DNA of 64,000 nt from Halioglobus sp. Lineage in GTDB: Bacteria > Pseudomonadota > Gammaproteobacteria > Pseudomonadales > Halieaceae. The stretch is taken from positions 16,065 to 80,064 of the forward strand of contig JBBKWY010000036.1 in NCBI GenBank assembly GCA_037969215.1. The letters are read 5' to 3'. Shown here one piece after another: positions 30,659 to 39,724 of the stretch. Every line of letters starts with the position of its first letter. Within the stretch, counting starts at the first letter, position 1. The notes under the pieces are model-generated. The model had not been told where the DNA came from, ran no database searches, and worked only from the letters and a program-made list of their open reading frames with translations. A program made the translations under genes and the position numbers.

Positions 30659-31593
30659 ACGAATACCCTCTGACCGCCCAGTTTTTCGCGCAGCTGATCC
30701 GCCACCGGGTTTACCGTATCGATGGGTATCACCGGGATATCGTGACGTCTGAGTTCGCCCTGTACGTGCGCGACAGAGCTTTCGAAACTGGCCTCGAACT
30801 TCTCCCCCAGCCCCTGTTGCTCGGGGTTTATCTCCAGCTGGTATTTGCCGTCGCTCACGACCAGTTTGTCGGCCATGGAGATGTCGCGCTCCAGGGGGTC
30901 GTAGATCAGCGAACAGACGATATCGTTGTGCCGACTGATGCGGCGAATGCTCCTCAGGGTCGCGTCGTTCCAGCCATAGAAATCCGATATCAGCACCACC
31001 AGGTAATCGTGGCCGATACTGCGCTCCAACATCACCAGGGCCTCTCCCAATGCATCGGGATTGCTGCCGTGATCAGCCGTGACTGATAGCTCATTGTTCA
31101 TCGCAGTCAGATCGCCCAGCCAGCCCATCACCCGGCGTTCGTTGCGTGTGGGTCGTGTCTCCAGCGTTTTGTGATCGTTAAACAGGATGGCGCCGATGCG
31201 ATCACCAACAGAGAGTACTCGCCAGGCGGTGATGGCCGCGACCTCGGCCGCCACCACGGATTTCATCTTGTGTTGACTGCCGAAAAACATGGGCAGGCGC
31301 TGGTCGACCAGCACGATCACGGGGCGGTCACGTTCCTCCGTATAAATCCGCACATGCGGTTTACCCGTGCGATTGGTGACGCGCCAGTCCATATTGCGGA
31401 TATCATCGCCGGGCCGATAATGGCGCAACTCATCGAAATCCAGGCCGCGACCGCGCAGGCGTGAACGTTTGCGCCCGCTGAGCAGTGAGCGCACCGGTTG
31501 TCTGGGCAGATAGTTGAATCCGCGTGCAGTGAAACGCAAGCGCACCAGCGCGTGCAGATTGGTGTAGACGTTTTCGTCAGTAGGTGCGCGCAC
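30655..31593 (-). CDS. DUF58-family protein (MoxR partner)
   Basis: 312 aa with RGRGLDFDELRHYRPGDDIRNMDWRVTNRTGKPHVRIYTEERD, the DUF58 hallmark. Confidence 0.85.
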   Translation of the reverse strand: MRAPTDENVYTNLHALVRLRFTARGFNYLPRQPVRSLLSGRKRSRLRGRGLDFDELRHYRPGDDIRNMDWRVTNRTGKPHVRIYTEERDRPVIVLVDQRLPMFFGSQHKMKSVVAAEVAAITAWRVLSVGDRIGAILFNDHKTLETRPTRNERRVMGWLGDLTAMNNELSVTADHGSNPDALGEALVMLERSIGHDYLVVLISDFYGWNDATLRSIRRISRHNDIVCSLIYDPLERDISMADKLVVSDGKYQLEINPEQQGLGEKFEASFESSVAHVQGELRRHDIPVIPIDTVNPVADQLREKLGGQRVFV

Positions 31594-31599
31594 GATCGC

Positions 31600-32568
31600 T
31601 CAGCCGACCGCGACCTGCCGGATAATCTCATCGATGATGTCGTCCGGCGAGATGTGATCGGCCAGTGCATCGTACGTCATGATCAGGCGGTGGCGCATGA
31701 TGGAGTGTAGGACCGAGCGCACATCGTCCGGGTCGACGTAATTTCTGTCATCCAACCAGGCGCTCGCACGACACGCGCGATGCAGTGAAATACTGGCGCG
31801 GGGACTGGAACCCGTGTCGATCCAGCGCGCCAGTTTGTCACCGAATTTGGCCGGCAGCCGCGTGGCCATAACCAGATCGACAATATATTGCTCGACCGCT
31901 GCGGACACTTCCATTTTCTGGATCATGTCGCGGGCGGCGAAGATATGCGATTGCGGAATTTTCTGCAGAGTTGAGGTGGGCTGTGCCTCTTCCGCCTGCA
32001 GCATGCGAATGATCGCCAATTCCGCCTCTGCCTGCGGGTAGTCCACTGATATCTTCATCAGGAAACGATCCATCTGCGCTTCCGGAAGGGGATACGTACC
32101 CTCCTGTTCAATGGGGTTCTGTGTTGCCAATACCATGAACAACGGTGGCAGCGCATAGGTTTTTCCGGCGACGGTAATCTGGCGCTCTTCCATCGCTTCC
32201 AGCAGGGCCGATTGCACTTTGGCGGGCGCGCGGTTGATCTCATCTGCCAGCACTAACTCATTGAAGATAGGGCCCGGCTGGAACTGCAGTTCGGATTTGC
32301 CGTGATTGTCCTGATAGATTTCATTTCCCGTCACGTCCGAGGGCAGTAGATCCGGTGTGAACTGTATGCGCCCCAGTCCGGCTTGCAGTACCTGGGACAA
32401 GGTTTTGATGGAACGTGTTTTCGCGGTGCCCGGCAGGCCCTCCAATAGCACATTGCCGTTACACAGCAAGGCAAGTGTCAGCGTGCGCACGACCTCGTCC
32501 TGTCCTATGACTGATTGCGCCATCTGGTGCATCATGGAGTGGACGGCCTTGAGATGTTCGCTGGGCAC
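31600..32568 (-). CDS. MoxR-family AAA+ ATPase
   Basis: 322 aa. Walker A GLPGTAKT, Walker B VLADEINRAPAKVQSALLEAMEE. Confidence 0.95.
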   Translation of the reverse strand: MPSEHLKAVHSMMHQMAQSVIGQDEVVRTLTLALLCNGNVLLEGLPGTAKTRSIKTLSQVLQAGLGRIQFTPDLLPSDVTGNEIYQDNHGKSELQFQPGPIFNELVLADEINRAPAKVQSALLEAMEERQITVAGKTYALPPLFMVLATQNPIEQEGTYPLPEAQMDRFLMKISVDYPQAEAELAIIRMLQAEEAQPTSTLQKIPQSHIFAARDMIQKMEVSAAVEQYIVDLVMATRLPAKFGDKLARWIDTGSSPRASISLHRACRASAWLDDRNYVDPDDVRSVLHSIMRHRLIMTYDALADHISPDDIIDEIIRQVAVG

Positions 32569-32653
32569 TATTTTTCTCCTGCTGGGACTCGCTCACACGG
32601 ATACCCGGGTGGACTGATTGGGATTTTAGTATAGCGGCATCGGACGAATGTTG

Positions 32654-33205
32654 TTAAGCAGCCCAGGCGCGCTCAGCGCGAAAACGCTGTGACAGATAGT
32701 CCATTTGGTCGCTCAGGATTCGATCCTTGGCGAGGAAGTGCCACTCCCAGCAGTTGGGCTTGAAGGGGACGGCCAGCAGCGGCATATGCGCCTCTTCGGG
32801 CGTGCGGTTATCCTTCTCCCAGTTACAGCGCTTACAGGCAGCTACTACATTTTCCCAGCGGTCTGTGCCGCCCCGTGAGGTGGGGAGCACGTGATCGCGG
32901 GTTAGATCGGCACGCGCAAGCTGCCGCCCGCAATATTGGCAACTATGATCGTCTCGACGGAATAAAGTGCGATTGCACAGCGGGGGGATGAAGCTCTGGA
33001 TGATTCTGCCCTGGATGGCGACGATGGGTTGCAGGTCTATACGTGAACGCGAGCCACTGAGGCGTTGAATGCCCCCGAAAATGGGTGGCAGGGTTTTTCC
33101 GATGCCATAGACGACATCCCCCTTGGCATAAGCTGTCACTGCTTCGTGCAGCGTAATCCAGCCACGAGGTTGACCAGCCATGTCCAATCGCAGGATAGTT
33201 TGCAT
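32654..33205 (-). CDS. HNH endonuclease-domain protein
   Basis: 183 aa. CQYCG...DHVLPTSRGGTDRWENVVAACKRCNWEK is a classic zinc-ribbon HNH motif. About 75-aa N-terminal domain of unknown type. Confidence 0.8.
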   Translation of the reverse strand: MQTILRLDMAGQPRGWITLHEAVTAYAKGDVVYGIGKTLPPIFGGIQRLSGSRSRIDLQPIVAIQGRIIQSFIPPLCNRTLFRRDDHSCQYCGRQLARADLTRDHVLPTSRGGTDRWENVVAACKRCNWEKDNRTPEEAHMPLLAVPFKPNCWEWHFLAKDRILSDQMDYLSQRFRAERAWAA

Positions 33206-33285
33206 CGTCTCCCACTCACAATTCTGGACTAAAGCTACTGCAAAATGGTGGCAACTTCAATCGTGACAGACACACAGGCAGAAAG

Positions 33286-34467
33286 TTAGATTCGGTACTC
33301 CAGTTCAAATTCCTTGTCCGGAAGAGGCTTGTCGAACACGGAACCCTGAAGAATATCGCAGTGCAATTGTGTCAGGCGGTCAGCAATCGCGATTGATTTC
33401 ACGCCTTCGGCAACCGCTTTCAGTGAAAGACTATGTGCCAGACCGATGATTGTCTTTACGATAGCATCGTCCTGACTTGATACCAGTATGCGTTCGACAA
33501 AGCGCTGGTCGATCTTCAACTCATCAACAGCCAGGTCGCGCAGGAATGCCAGCGACGAAACGCCGGCACCGAATTTATCAATAGCAATTGTCACGCCGAT
33601 ACTGTGCAATCCAGCAAGTTGGTCGAGCATCAGTGCCTGATGCTCGACCGTGATGCTTTCAGTCACTTCCAGATGAAGGCGCGACGGCTTGACATCGAAC
33701 AAGATCAACGCCGCTTTCACCTCCGAGAAAAGGTCGTCATCCAGAAGAAGCGCGGGGCAGATGTTGACTGCGATGGACAGCTGTTCCGGCCATTGCGCCA
33801 AGCGACTGACCGCCGATCGTATGGCCCACCATGTGAGCGGCTTGATGATTTCGTGCTGTTCGGCCACATCGATAAACTGGTCCGGGGAGATTATCCCTCG
33901 CTCACTGTGGTGCCAGTGGACAAGGGCTTCAGCGCCAATCAGAGTGTGCGAGCCCGCGTCGACCTTCGGTTGGTAAAACAGCTGGAAATTATCCTGCTGC
34001 AACGCTGTGTGCATATGCGCAATTAGCTCGCTTTCGTCTGGTAGCGGCGTGGCGTTCTGTGAGGAGAATACCTGGAACAGATGGTCGGATTGCTTGGCTT
34101 GATCCAGAGCGATACCGGCTTGTTGCATGGCCAGCGCCAGGTCCGAATTCCGGTCGTTGAATTCGGTGAAGCCCGCCGTCACTGTCAAGGGCAGTGCTTG
34201 CCCAAGATGATAGTGCGGTTCTTTGAAAACACTGTCGAGTTGTGCAACCGCTATTTCCAGTTCGTCCGCACTATCAATGTCCCGGAGTATGACGCAGGCG
34301 CGATTATCGTTGAGAAAGCTCCATTGGCCGCTGGTTTTTACCCAGCCATTCAAACGATGTCCAAACGCATCGTGCAAGATTCGATTGGTGGTTTTATTGT
34401 CAATGTCACCCGCGCCGATATTTGTCAGCTCCACCAGACCGAGAATACTGTGGCTGGTGGCGGGCAT
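33286..34467 (-). CDS. EAL-domain protein with a degenerate N-terminal domain
   Basis: 393 aa. Motifs YQPKV, EALVHW, VNICP, LEVTES, DKFGAG, LKIDQRF, AEGV, LQGSVF. The ATG overlaps the upstream stop (TGATG). Confidence 0.85.
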   Translation of the reverse strand: MPATSHSILGLVELTNIGAGDIDNKTTNRILHDAFGHRLNGWVKTSGQWSFLNDNRACVILRDIDSADELEIAVAQLDSVFKEPHYHLGQALPLTVTAGFTEFNDRNSDLALAMQQAGIALDQAKQSDHLFQVFSSQNATPLPDESELIAHMHTALQQDNFQLFYQPKVDAGSHTLIGAEALVHWHHSERGIISPDQFIDVAEQHEIIKPLTWWAIRSAVSRLAQWPEQLSIAVNICPALLLDDDLFSEVKAALILFDVKPSRLHLEVTESITVEHQALMLDQLAGLHSIGVTIAIDKFGAGVSSLAFLRDLAVDELKIDQRFVERILVSSQDDAIVKTIIGLAHSLSLKAVAEGVKSIAIADRLTQLHCDILQGSVFDKPLPDKEFELEYRI

Positions 34468-35648
34468 CAGATGAAAAACTCTTCGCTGCTGATACCGTAA
34501 GTGCCGGGCTGCAGTTCCCGGGCAATCCAGCGCTCGCCCTCTGCGGCGATAAACTGGTCGGTCAGGTCCACCAATTTTGGTGTCGTCCGGCGTGCTTTCG
34601 CGCCATTGAGTACGATCACCAGCTCTGGCTTGAGTCGACGCGTGAGGTTCTGTGAGACGACGATTGCCACTTCACCCGTATTCAGTTCAACCATGGAACC
34701 CGTAGGAAACAGGCCGATGGCTTGTACGAACTGTTCTACCAAGGCTTCCTGGAAGCGGTGACCGCTGCAGTCCAGCAATTCCAGGGTAGCTTCATGTGAG
34801 GTTCTCGCTTTCGCATACGGGCGCGGGGTGATCATAGCGTCGTAGGTATCCACCAGCCCGGCGATGCGTGCGAGTAGCGGTATGGATGCGCCTTCGGTGC
34901 CGCGCGGATAACCCGACCCGTCCAGTCGTTCGTGGTGATTCTCGATAATCTCGATTATTTCTTTGTCTATAACGTCAGTTTTAGACACCAGACTCGCACT
35001 CATTGTTGGGTGAGCCCTGATGATTCGTCGCTGGGGATCTGTGAGGTTCTCTGCTTGATCGAGCAATTCAGACGGGAGTTGCGTCATGCCGACATCGCAC
35101 AGTGCACAGGCGACAGCGAGTTTTTCCAATTCAATTCGGTCCAGTCCAATTTGCCGCCCCACTATGGCAGCCCAAACGGCCATCGATACGCCATGATGCT
35201 GGCGGTATTCGCCGCCGTCTTTCAGTCGCAGCAGCGCGGCCACGGCCTCCTGGTTGCGGAAGACGCCATCTATCAGCGGATTGAGAGCGGTTTGCACGGC
35301 GCTGATATCAGCAGGGGAGCCGCTGCGCAACGCGTGGAAAACCGTGTCGAGAGTCTCCGCGGCTTTTCTAAAGGAAACTTTGGTGCGTTTGAACTCCGCT
35401 TTGAGCGCCAGTCGCATCACCGGTTTCGCTTCATTTGCCGCAACGGCAAGCGTTAACGGTTGCCGGGCTCCGGTATATTCCGCATCGACATACACATGCT
35501 CGACGTAATTGGAAACATACTGGATTTCCTCAGCGTCTCGCACCACAAAACCTTGTAGCGCAAATGGTGTTTCCAACCACGGCCTGTCGAGCTCGGCAAT
35601 GAACATGCCGGGTTCCAGTCTCGTAGTGGGGAGTTTGACCAAACGCAC
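34467..35648 (-). CDS. HD-GYP-domain protein with a DUF3391-type N-terminus
   Basis: 393 aa. N-terminus MRLVKLPTTRLEPGMFIAELDRPW. HHERLDGSGYPRG motif. The HD position reads LCDVGM. GTG start with an AGAGG Shine-Dalgarno sequence. Confidence 0.85.
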   Translation of the reverse strand: MRLVKLPTTRLEPGMFIAELDRPWLETPFALQGFVVRDAEEIQYVSNYVEHVYVDAEYTGARQPLTLAVAANEAKPVMRLALKAEFKRTKVSFRKAAETLDTVFHALRSGSPADISAVQTALNPLIDGVFRNQEAVAALLRLKDGGEYRQHHGVSMAVWAAIVGRQIGLDRIELEKLAVACALCDVGMTQLPSELLDQAENLTDPQRRIIRAHPTMSASLVSKTDVIDKEIIEIIENHHERLDGSGYPRGTEGASIPLLARIAGLVDTYDAMITPRPYAKARTSHEATLELLDCSGHRFQEALVEQFVQAIGLFPTGSMVELNTGEVAIVVSQNLTRRLKPELVIVLNGAKARRTTPKLVDLTDQFIAAEGERWIARELQPGTYGISSEEFFI

Positions 35649-35659
35649 GATATACCTCT

Positions 35660-35687
35660 CTAGTCTGTTCCTGCACTGGCAGACTAG
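35660..35687 (-). promoter_or_regulatory. Inverted repeat CTAGTCTG-N12-CAGACTAG abutting the HD-GYP ribosome-binding site
   Basis: Perfect 8-bp arms. On the minus strand the 3' arm ends 1 nt before the AGAGG Shine-Dalgarno sequence. Confidence 0.3.
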
Positions 35688-35827
35688 TAAGGATGCTGCT
35701 GGGTGTCGATTCTAGAATTTGAGAAAGGAGAACTGGGTCACCTACAGAGTGGCGTTGTGTGACCCCGGTCCTGATATCCTTTCAAAGTGAGCGGATAAGA
35801 GCGCTCTTAGCAGAACGTTGAGCTGAG

Positions 35828-36856
35828 CTAGCAGCTGGGATTTGTTGCTTCGGCCAGATTGCACACCCCTTTGTCTTCTTCCGCCAGGGTGATCTCATAT
35901 TTTTGCGTAATCGGAAGCGGAATCACCAGCCCGTTGTACTCGACGGCGTCGTCGGCCGCGGTATTGCAGGCGAAGGCGATGGTGTAACTGCCCGCTGGAA
36001 TATAGCCAAAGGAGTACTCCCAGTTATCCGTAAACGAGCTTTGCGCCATCGACGCCACCGCAAACGGTGCAATGGCATTTGCCGGCGCGGTTGTAGTGCT
36101 CTGGCTGGTGAATACGTCGGCCAGATTCTCGGCCAGCAACCCGGTGCCTTTGTAGAGGTAGACTCTGTTGCCCTTGGTTGGCGTAGTTTTTTCGTTACAG
36201 GGTGAGACGGTGTCGAACAGGGTGCTGTCTACGGTGCCAGACAATCTGGCGGCGGTCAGATTATCCTCCATACGCACACCGTTGGTTGTCAGCAAATACG
36301 TGTCTTTCACAGCTTGATACTGCAGCGCCTGCGCCAGACCGAATTCCATGGTAAAGGTCTGCTCGCCAGAGGCGAGCTGCATGCCTGGCAGCCCCTGGAC
36401 GCCGCTGCCAACCTCGATTGCCTTGAGCTTATCGTCGGCCGCCAGCTGAACATAGGAGTGTTCAATGCCACCGGTGATGATGGTGATGGACACTTCATTA
36501 TAGAACCCAGGCACTAGCTCAAGCCCGGTAATTACCTTCAGTTGGTTGGTGCCCTGGTATTTCAGAAGATCGATTTTGAAGGTGTCTTCGTCGACCAGGT
36601 CCAGTCCTGGAATGGTAAAGGTATCGACAACAACAGCGTCCACACCGCTGCGCTTGAAGGTAATGCTGCCTACCTCAATGACGACCTGCTTCAAATCCTC
36701 AGGGAGGGAGTCTGAAAGCCCCAGAGTGAGCAGTGTCGGCTTGTTGCCATCGTCATCATCGTTATTGCAGTCAAAACCACAGCTGCAGCCTCCCAGCGGT
36801 AGCAGTAATGCCAGCGGCAGCAGGCAGGACAACAATATTTTCAGTGGAGATTTCAT
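35828..36856 (-). CDS. DUF4382-like lipoprotein
   Basis: 342 aa. Lipobox LGGC, then a CGFDCNNDDDDG linker. Beta-rich body. Confidence 0.7.
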   Translation of the reverse strand: MKSPLKILLSCLLPLALLLPLGGCSCGFDCNNDDDDGNKPTLLTLGLSDSLPEDLKQVVIEVGSITFKRSGVDAVVVDTFTIPGLDLVDEDTFKIDLLKYQGTNQLKVITGLELVPGFYNEVSITIITGGIEHSYVQLAADDKLKAIEVGSGVQGLPGMQLASGEQTFTMEFGLAQALQYQAVKDTYLLTTNGVRMEDNLTAARLSGTVDSTLFDTVSPCNEKTTPTKGNRVYLYKGTGLLAENLADVFTSQSTTTAPANAIAPFAVASMAQSSFTDNWEYSFGYIPAGSYTIAFACNTAADDAVEYNGLVIPLPITQKYEITLAEEDKGVCNLAEATNPSC

Positions 36857-36953
36857 GGGCGACGATGACCTGGTAGTTAAATAGGTGAACAGTGTTCAGG
36901 CAGTGGCCGCCATTATGGGCGAAACCTGTTGCAAGTTGTAGGTCTGTCAGGGA

Positions 36954-37781
36954 TTAGTGCGCTGTCCGCTCATGGTAAGCCTCGGCAAAGGCAATGCTGT
37001 CGGCGTTGTCAATCAGGGTGCCATTGTCCAGCTCGGTGGTTCGCGCGCTGATTTCCAGCATGGCACCGCCCAGCTCATTCGCGGAAATGACTAACGACCC
37101 GGGGCGTAGCAAGGCTTCGAGAATATAATGCATGGCGTTGGCCTGTTCGCTGCTCGGCCGCACGAACGCGGAGCGATAACCAAAGGTACGCAGATCGCTA
37201 CCGTTGGCTAACGCTGCGACCTCGATTTCCGCGCGACCCTTCTCTCTGGCCCAGTGTTGCTCACCATTGGCATCGGTGCCCATGCCCGTGACAGAGTGGA
37301 ATGACATCGGGCCTTCGGTGCGGGCAGCAAGCCATGCCTTGATAAAAGCGACGGGAAAATCCACGTGTATCCAGGTGTAGGTCGCATCATCCATCCCCAC
37401 CGAAGTGGCTCCAAGGCCCCACATTACGGTATTGACCTGACTCAGCTCGGCCGCGAGGTCGGAATAGTCAGTAAAATCCTCGTGGAGTAGCATCTCCACT
37501 TTTCCCGATGCCACGCCAGCGTCAATGCGTGGCGAGCTGCGCCGTGTAACCACGTAAACCTTCTCTACGTCGGGATCCTCCACCGCCGCCTTGAGCAAAC
37601 CGTCCCCCACCGAGCCGGTCGCGCCGAAGACCATCACCACCTTGTTGGCGTCCGCCTGCACTTGAGGGTTTGCGGCGGGCGTTATGCGCCCCAGAGTGAG
37701 AGCGCCCCAGATATCGAAAGCCACTACCACCAGTAGAAGCCCGGCAACAAGGAAGCAAACAATTTTGGTGATCGCATTCAT
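36954..37781 (-). CDS. Membrane-anchored NAD(P)-binding (atypical SDR/NmrA-like) protein
   Basis: 275 aa. N-terminal TM helix followed by a Rossmann motif VFGATGSVGDG. Confidence 0.7.
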   Translation of the reverse strand: MNAITKIVCFLVAGLLLVVVAFDIWGALTLGRITPAANPQVQADANKVVMVFGATGSVGDGLLKAAVEDPDVEKVYVVTRRSSPRIDAGVASGKVEMLLHEDFTDYSDLAAELSQVNTVMWGLGATSVGMDDATYTWIHVDFPVAFIKAWLAARTEGPMSFHSVTGMGTDANGEQHWAREKGRAEIEVAALANGSDLRTFGYRSAFVRPSSEQANAMHYILEALLRPGSLVISANELGGAMLEISARTTELDNGTLIDNADSIAFAEAYHERTAH

Positions 37782-37815
37782 GGTATGAATCCCGTTTGGA
37801 GTGAATGAACGTCTG

Positions 37816-38604
37816 CTATATAGGGCTGCATATCATGTAGTGTTGGATATAGCCCTCTGGGTCATTCAGGGAATCTACCGACCAGCCGGTTTCCTGCATC
37901 AGCCGCAACGCATTACTTCTGGCGTAGATAGCCCATTTAAGAGGTTGGGACTTATCGTAGTCGAGAAAGTCCAGTTCACCGTTCTCATTCACGGCTTCGA
38001 GTTTTTCACGGAACGCCGCCTGGAACTTACTGCTGTGCTGGGGATTGGCACCCCACGCTCTTGTCACGCCGTCAATAAATGACAAACCGCCCTTTGTGGT
38101 TTCATTCAGGAACAAGCTGAATATGATTTTCCCGCCGGGCTTTATGTATCGTCTGAGCATCTGCAGCATGGCCACGTAGTCATGCGGCGCCAGATGAGTA
38201 AATACAGAAAACAGGCAAATAATATCAAAACTGGCTTCCTCCACCGGCAGGTGTGAGTCGGCGCTCAGTGGTTCGCCCTCCGGGTTGTACATTTCGTTGT
38301 GGGAGTTTGATACATGAAACGTGAAGCGCGGGTCAGTGACGGATTTCTGCAGGAAATCAATTAATTTGGGCGCCACATCGATGCCGACATAGCGGCCGAT
38401 GGGCAGTTTATCATCCAGTATCGCCTGCACCAGTTTACTGCCGCAGCCGATATCCAATACGCTGGAGTTCCCCAGGTCAGGCAGGTTTAACCGGCGACAC
38501 ATAAGTTGGATTAACTGCGCGCCGGATTCTACAGACTCCGCCTCTTTTCCCGCTTTACCCCCACGACGAAATTCCCGTGGCACTTTGAATGCTAAATCAG
38601 ACAT
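37816..38604 (-). CDS. Class I SAM-dependent methyltransferase
   Basis: 262 aa. Motif I VLDIGCGSK, motif post-II FDIICLFSVFTHL, and LRRYIKPGG. Confidence 0.75.
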   Translation of the reverse strand: MSDLAFKVPREFRRGGKAGKEAESVESGAQLIQLMCRRLNLPDLGNSSVLDIGCGSKLVQAILDDKLPIGRYVGIDVAPKLIDFLQKSVTDPRFTFHVSNSHNEMYNPEGEPLSADSHLPVEEASFDIICLFSVFTHLAPHDYVAMLQMLRRYIKPGGKIIFSLFLNETTKGGLSFIDGVTRAWGANPQHSSKFQAAFREKLEAVNENGELDFLDYDKSQPLKWAIYARSNALRLMQETGWSVDSLNDPEGYIQHYMICSPI

Positions 38605-38660
38605 ATACTCTCCCTGTTAGTGCGCTATTTGACAGCAGTTTAACCCTGCAAGTCTGCCTG

Positions 38661-39719
38661 TCACCGTGACAGATCGGGCGCAGCACGCCCGGCAATCAGC
38701 GGTAAGTCCAGATAGGTTTTAATTCCCGGTGCGGCGCGACACACGTAAGGAATGGCGCTGATACAATGATTGGCGGTGGCGACTATACCGGGATTGCGAA
38801 TCAGGCCAGCGGCGATGGACTCGGGGTGCCAGCCGTGAAACGTGACCTGGGAGGATGGGTCGCCGCACACTTCCACCTCAAAGCGCTCGCCCTGTGGCCC
38901 GAAGTCCCAGGCCGGCTCCAGATTTTCCTCGCCCATAAACCAGTTAACCCGCACGGTGATAACCGGAATGCCACGCACCGTGTGCTGCCAGGTGAAACGC
39001 TGTGCCGCAACGAGGCCGGGGGCGATAACCCCGATCGGCGAGTCGATAGGCGCGGTGGCGACAGCCACTTCGTGCTTGGCTATGACCTTGGCATCCACGT
39101 CGAAACCCAATTCTGCAGCGACCATTTCCATCGATTGCTGGAACCCCTGGCCGAGAAAGTGAACCATTGGGCTGGCCGCCGCTGCTTCCGGCGTTTTGCC
39201 AAACAGCATGATATCGCTGATGACAGCGGGGGCGCCATAGGTGCGAATGTCCGAGAATTCCTCCGCGCGCACATGGGTTATCGCGCTGGACAGGGCGGAA
39301 ATCATCAGCGGGAAACGCTCGGTAATGCCGCCGGGGTGAATGCCGGAGCCGTGCAAGGTGCTGTGGCCGGTCTGGCAGGCCTGTTCCAACTCCGAGACAT
39401 CTCGCTTACCGGGATAAAACCAGTTGAGGGGTGTTACGACGTTTTTGCCCGAGGCGAGTAGACGAGCGACGATGCCAGCGTCTGCCATGATGGGACTGTA
39501 CATGACGCAGTCGGCGTCCATATCGACCAGGGCATCGATATTGCAGGTAGCGCTGATGCCCAGTGGTGCCATACCGCAGAGATCACCGACATCCCGGCCG
39601 TCCTTCTCTTGCGAGTGAACCCAGCACCCGACCAGTTCCAGTTCCGGGTGTGCCACAATGCCCTCGATCGCAGCTCGTCCCACGCCGCCGGTCGCCCACT
39701 GTATGACGCGTATTGTCAT
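38661..39719 (-). CDS. DapB-like NAD(P)-dependent dehydrogenase (amine-dehydrogenase/dihydrodipicolinate-reductase-like family)
   Basis: 352 aa. N-terminus IRVIQWATGGVGRAAI is a Rossmann motif typical of this family. Confidence 0.65.
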   Translation of the reverse strand: MTIRVIQWATGGVGRAAIEGIVAHPELELVGCWVHSQEKDGRDVGDLCGMAPLGISATCNIDALVDMDADCVMYSPIMADAGIVARLLASGKNVVTPLNWFYPGKRDVSELEQACQTGHSTLHGSGIHPGGITERFPLMISALSSAITHVRAEEFSDIRTYGAPAVISDIMLFGKTPEAAAASPMVHFLGQGFQQSMEMVAAELGFDVDAKVIAKHEVAVATAPIDSPIGVIAPGLVAAQRFTWQHTVRGIPVITVRVNWFMGEENLEPAWDFGPQGERFEVEVCGDPSSQVTFHGWHPESIAAGLIRNPGIVATANHCISAIPYVCRAAPGIKTYLDLPLIAGRAAPDLSR

Positions 39720-39724
39720 GATCT

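Noticed and set aside
30589-31086. 165-aa plus-strand ORF inside the DUF58/DUF4381 region
   Set aside because: It is antisense to the tightly coupled Bat-like operon and has no motif.
38766-39461. 231-aa ORF antisense to the DapB-like dehydrogenase gene
   Set aside because: Shadow ORF with Gly/Arg-rich composition.
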